Below the pieces are notes generated by a model. It saw only the letters and a program-made list of their open reading frames with translations, was not told where the DNA came from and searched no databases. This document shows positions 62,918-64,000 of a stretch of 64,000 nucleotides of DNA, piece after piece (the first letter of the stretch is position 1; each line of letters opens with the position of its first letter). The position numbers and the translations under genes were made by a program. This DNA comes from an uncultured archaeon. GTDB taxonomy: Archaea; Thermoplasmatota; Thermoplasmata; Thermoplasmatales; Thermoplasmataceae. Location: assembly GCA_000965745.1 (NCBI GenBank), contig CP009479.1, positions 352,001-416,000 of the forward strand, read 5' to 3'.

Positions 62918-64000
62918 ATGGAGAAAGTGAAGTATTACCTTGCCCTCGCAATAGAGAACAGAAACAAAGGAAGAATGAATGAGGCTGAAAGGAACTACAT
63001 AGACGCCGCACTTTCACTTCTTTCCCATGCAAAGTCTGATGACACACCATCCAGGGCTAAGGACATACGAAGAGCAATAGATGTCCTTGACAACTTCCTC
63101 AACGTGTTCCACCCATCAGACACAGGCTCCGGAGATGATTATGCAAATGAAGGGTGGAAAATTCTCAACGAAGTCGGAATAAGCGCCTCCAGGCTCGAAA
63201 AAACATCGCTTGAGGACGTGGCTGGCCTCAGTACTGTCAAGGAGGAAATCATGAGGAGGCTCATTTACCCTATCAAATATCGTGACCTGTCAAAAAAATA
63301 TGGAGTCAGGCCATCCGGCGGGGTACTGCTCTACGGGCCGCCGGGAACCGGGAAGACTTTCCTGGCCAGGGCGATTGCCAACGAGGCCGGGGCAGCTTTC
63401 ATCAATGTAAACCCCTCAAGCCTTTATAACCAATGGTTCGGGCAATTCGAGAAGAACATAACCAGGGTGTTTGAGGCAGCAAGGCTCCTGTCCCCCTCAG
63501 TGATTTTCTTTGACGAGATCGAGACTATCGCCTCAAGGAGAGGTGGGTACGAGCAGGACGCGGCCTCAAGGAGAGGGGTCTCACAGCTTCTTATAGAGAT
63601 GGAGGGTGTAGAAAAGACGAGGGATGAGGAGATATTTGTACTGGCTGCAACCAACAGGCCTTGGGACCTTGATGAAGCCATTCTGAGGCCTGGCAGGTTC
63701 GACATACGGGTTTACACACCCCTCCCTGATGCCAGTGCCAGAAAGAAGATGTTCGAAAACAATCTCAGGAACATTGCATTCTCTGATGGGGTCGACTTTG
63801 ATGATCTTGCCTCAAAGACAGAAGGTTACAGCGGGGCTGATATTTCATACATATGCAGGAGGACAGTTATTGGCGCCTTTGCAAGAAGTGTTGAAGCCGG
63901 CAGAGAGATAAGGCTTGCTGGAAAGGACATGGAACAGACTATTGCAGAGGTGAAGCCCTCTGTTTCAGGAAAAACTGTAAGCCTTTATGAAAAGTTCTCC
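62918..64000 (+). CDS. AAA+ ATPase (Cdc48/Vps4-like), truncated by the window end
   Basis: Manual reading: YGPPGTGKT, VIFFDEIE, AATNRPWDLDEAILRPGRFD; absent from the ORF track because it has no stop codon in the window. Confidence 0.88.
   Translation, partial: MEKVKYYLALAIENRNKGRMNEAERNYIDAALSLLSHAKSDDTPSRAKDIRRAIDVLDNFLNVFHPSDTGSGDDYANEGWKILNEVGISASRLEKTSLEDVAGLSTVKEEIMRRLIYPIKYRDLSKKYGVRPSGGVLLYGPPGTGKTFLARAIANEAGAAFINVNPSSLYNQWFGQFEKNITRVFEAARLLSPSVIFFDEIETIASRRGGYEQDAASRRGVSQLLIEMEGVEKTRDEEIFVLAATNRPWDLDEAILRPGRFDIRVYTPLPDASARKKMFENNLRNIAFSDGVDFDDLASKTEGYSGADISYICRRTVIGAFARSVEAGREIRLAGKDMEQTIAEVKPSVSGKTVSLYEKFS

Overview
This is an archaeal chromosomal window, most consistent with Thermoplasmatales (zinc-ferredoxin, class I LysRS, and unlinked 23S and 16S rRNA genes with no 5S in the window). 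Positions 1-38.2 kb are mostly housekeeping: purM, purN, lysS, metG, rpoK, secE-spt5, an inverted rpl11-rpl1-rplP0-rpl12 operon, HMG-CoA synthase/thiolase/DUF35, rfcS, Hef and three Bcp peroxiredoxins. Just after the 23S gene is a ~260 bp IS200/IS605-derived non-autonomous remnant beside an MFS pseudogene. From tRNA-Ala(CGC) at 38292-38363, a ~17.5 kb plasmid-like integrative element runs to attR at ~55880. It carries a tyrosine integrase, a HerA/VirD4-like ATPase operon, ParA plus a small partner with GTTAAC repeats, a serine resolvase with a res-like site, Cdc6/Orc1 with a candidate origin, a type III R-M system, a hairpin-rich non-coding tract and a DGQHR + Schlafen/AlbA_2 gene pair. Two more att copies follow (56573, 58615), each closing a small cargo segment (vapBC; ATPase-nuclease plus orphan antitoxin), giving a tandem att/cargo array. 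The window ends with a large ABC substrate-binding protein and a truncated AAA+ ATPase. All calls come from motif recognition by eye; no database searches were run.
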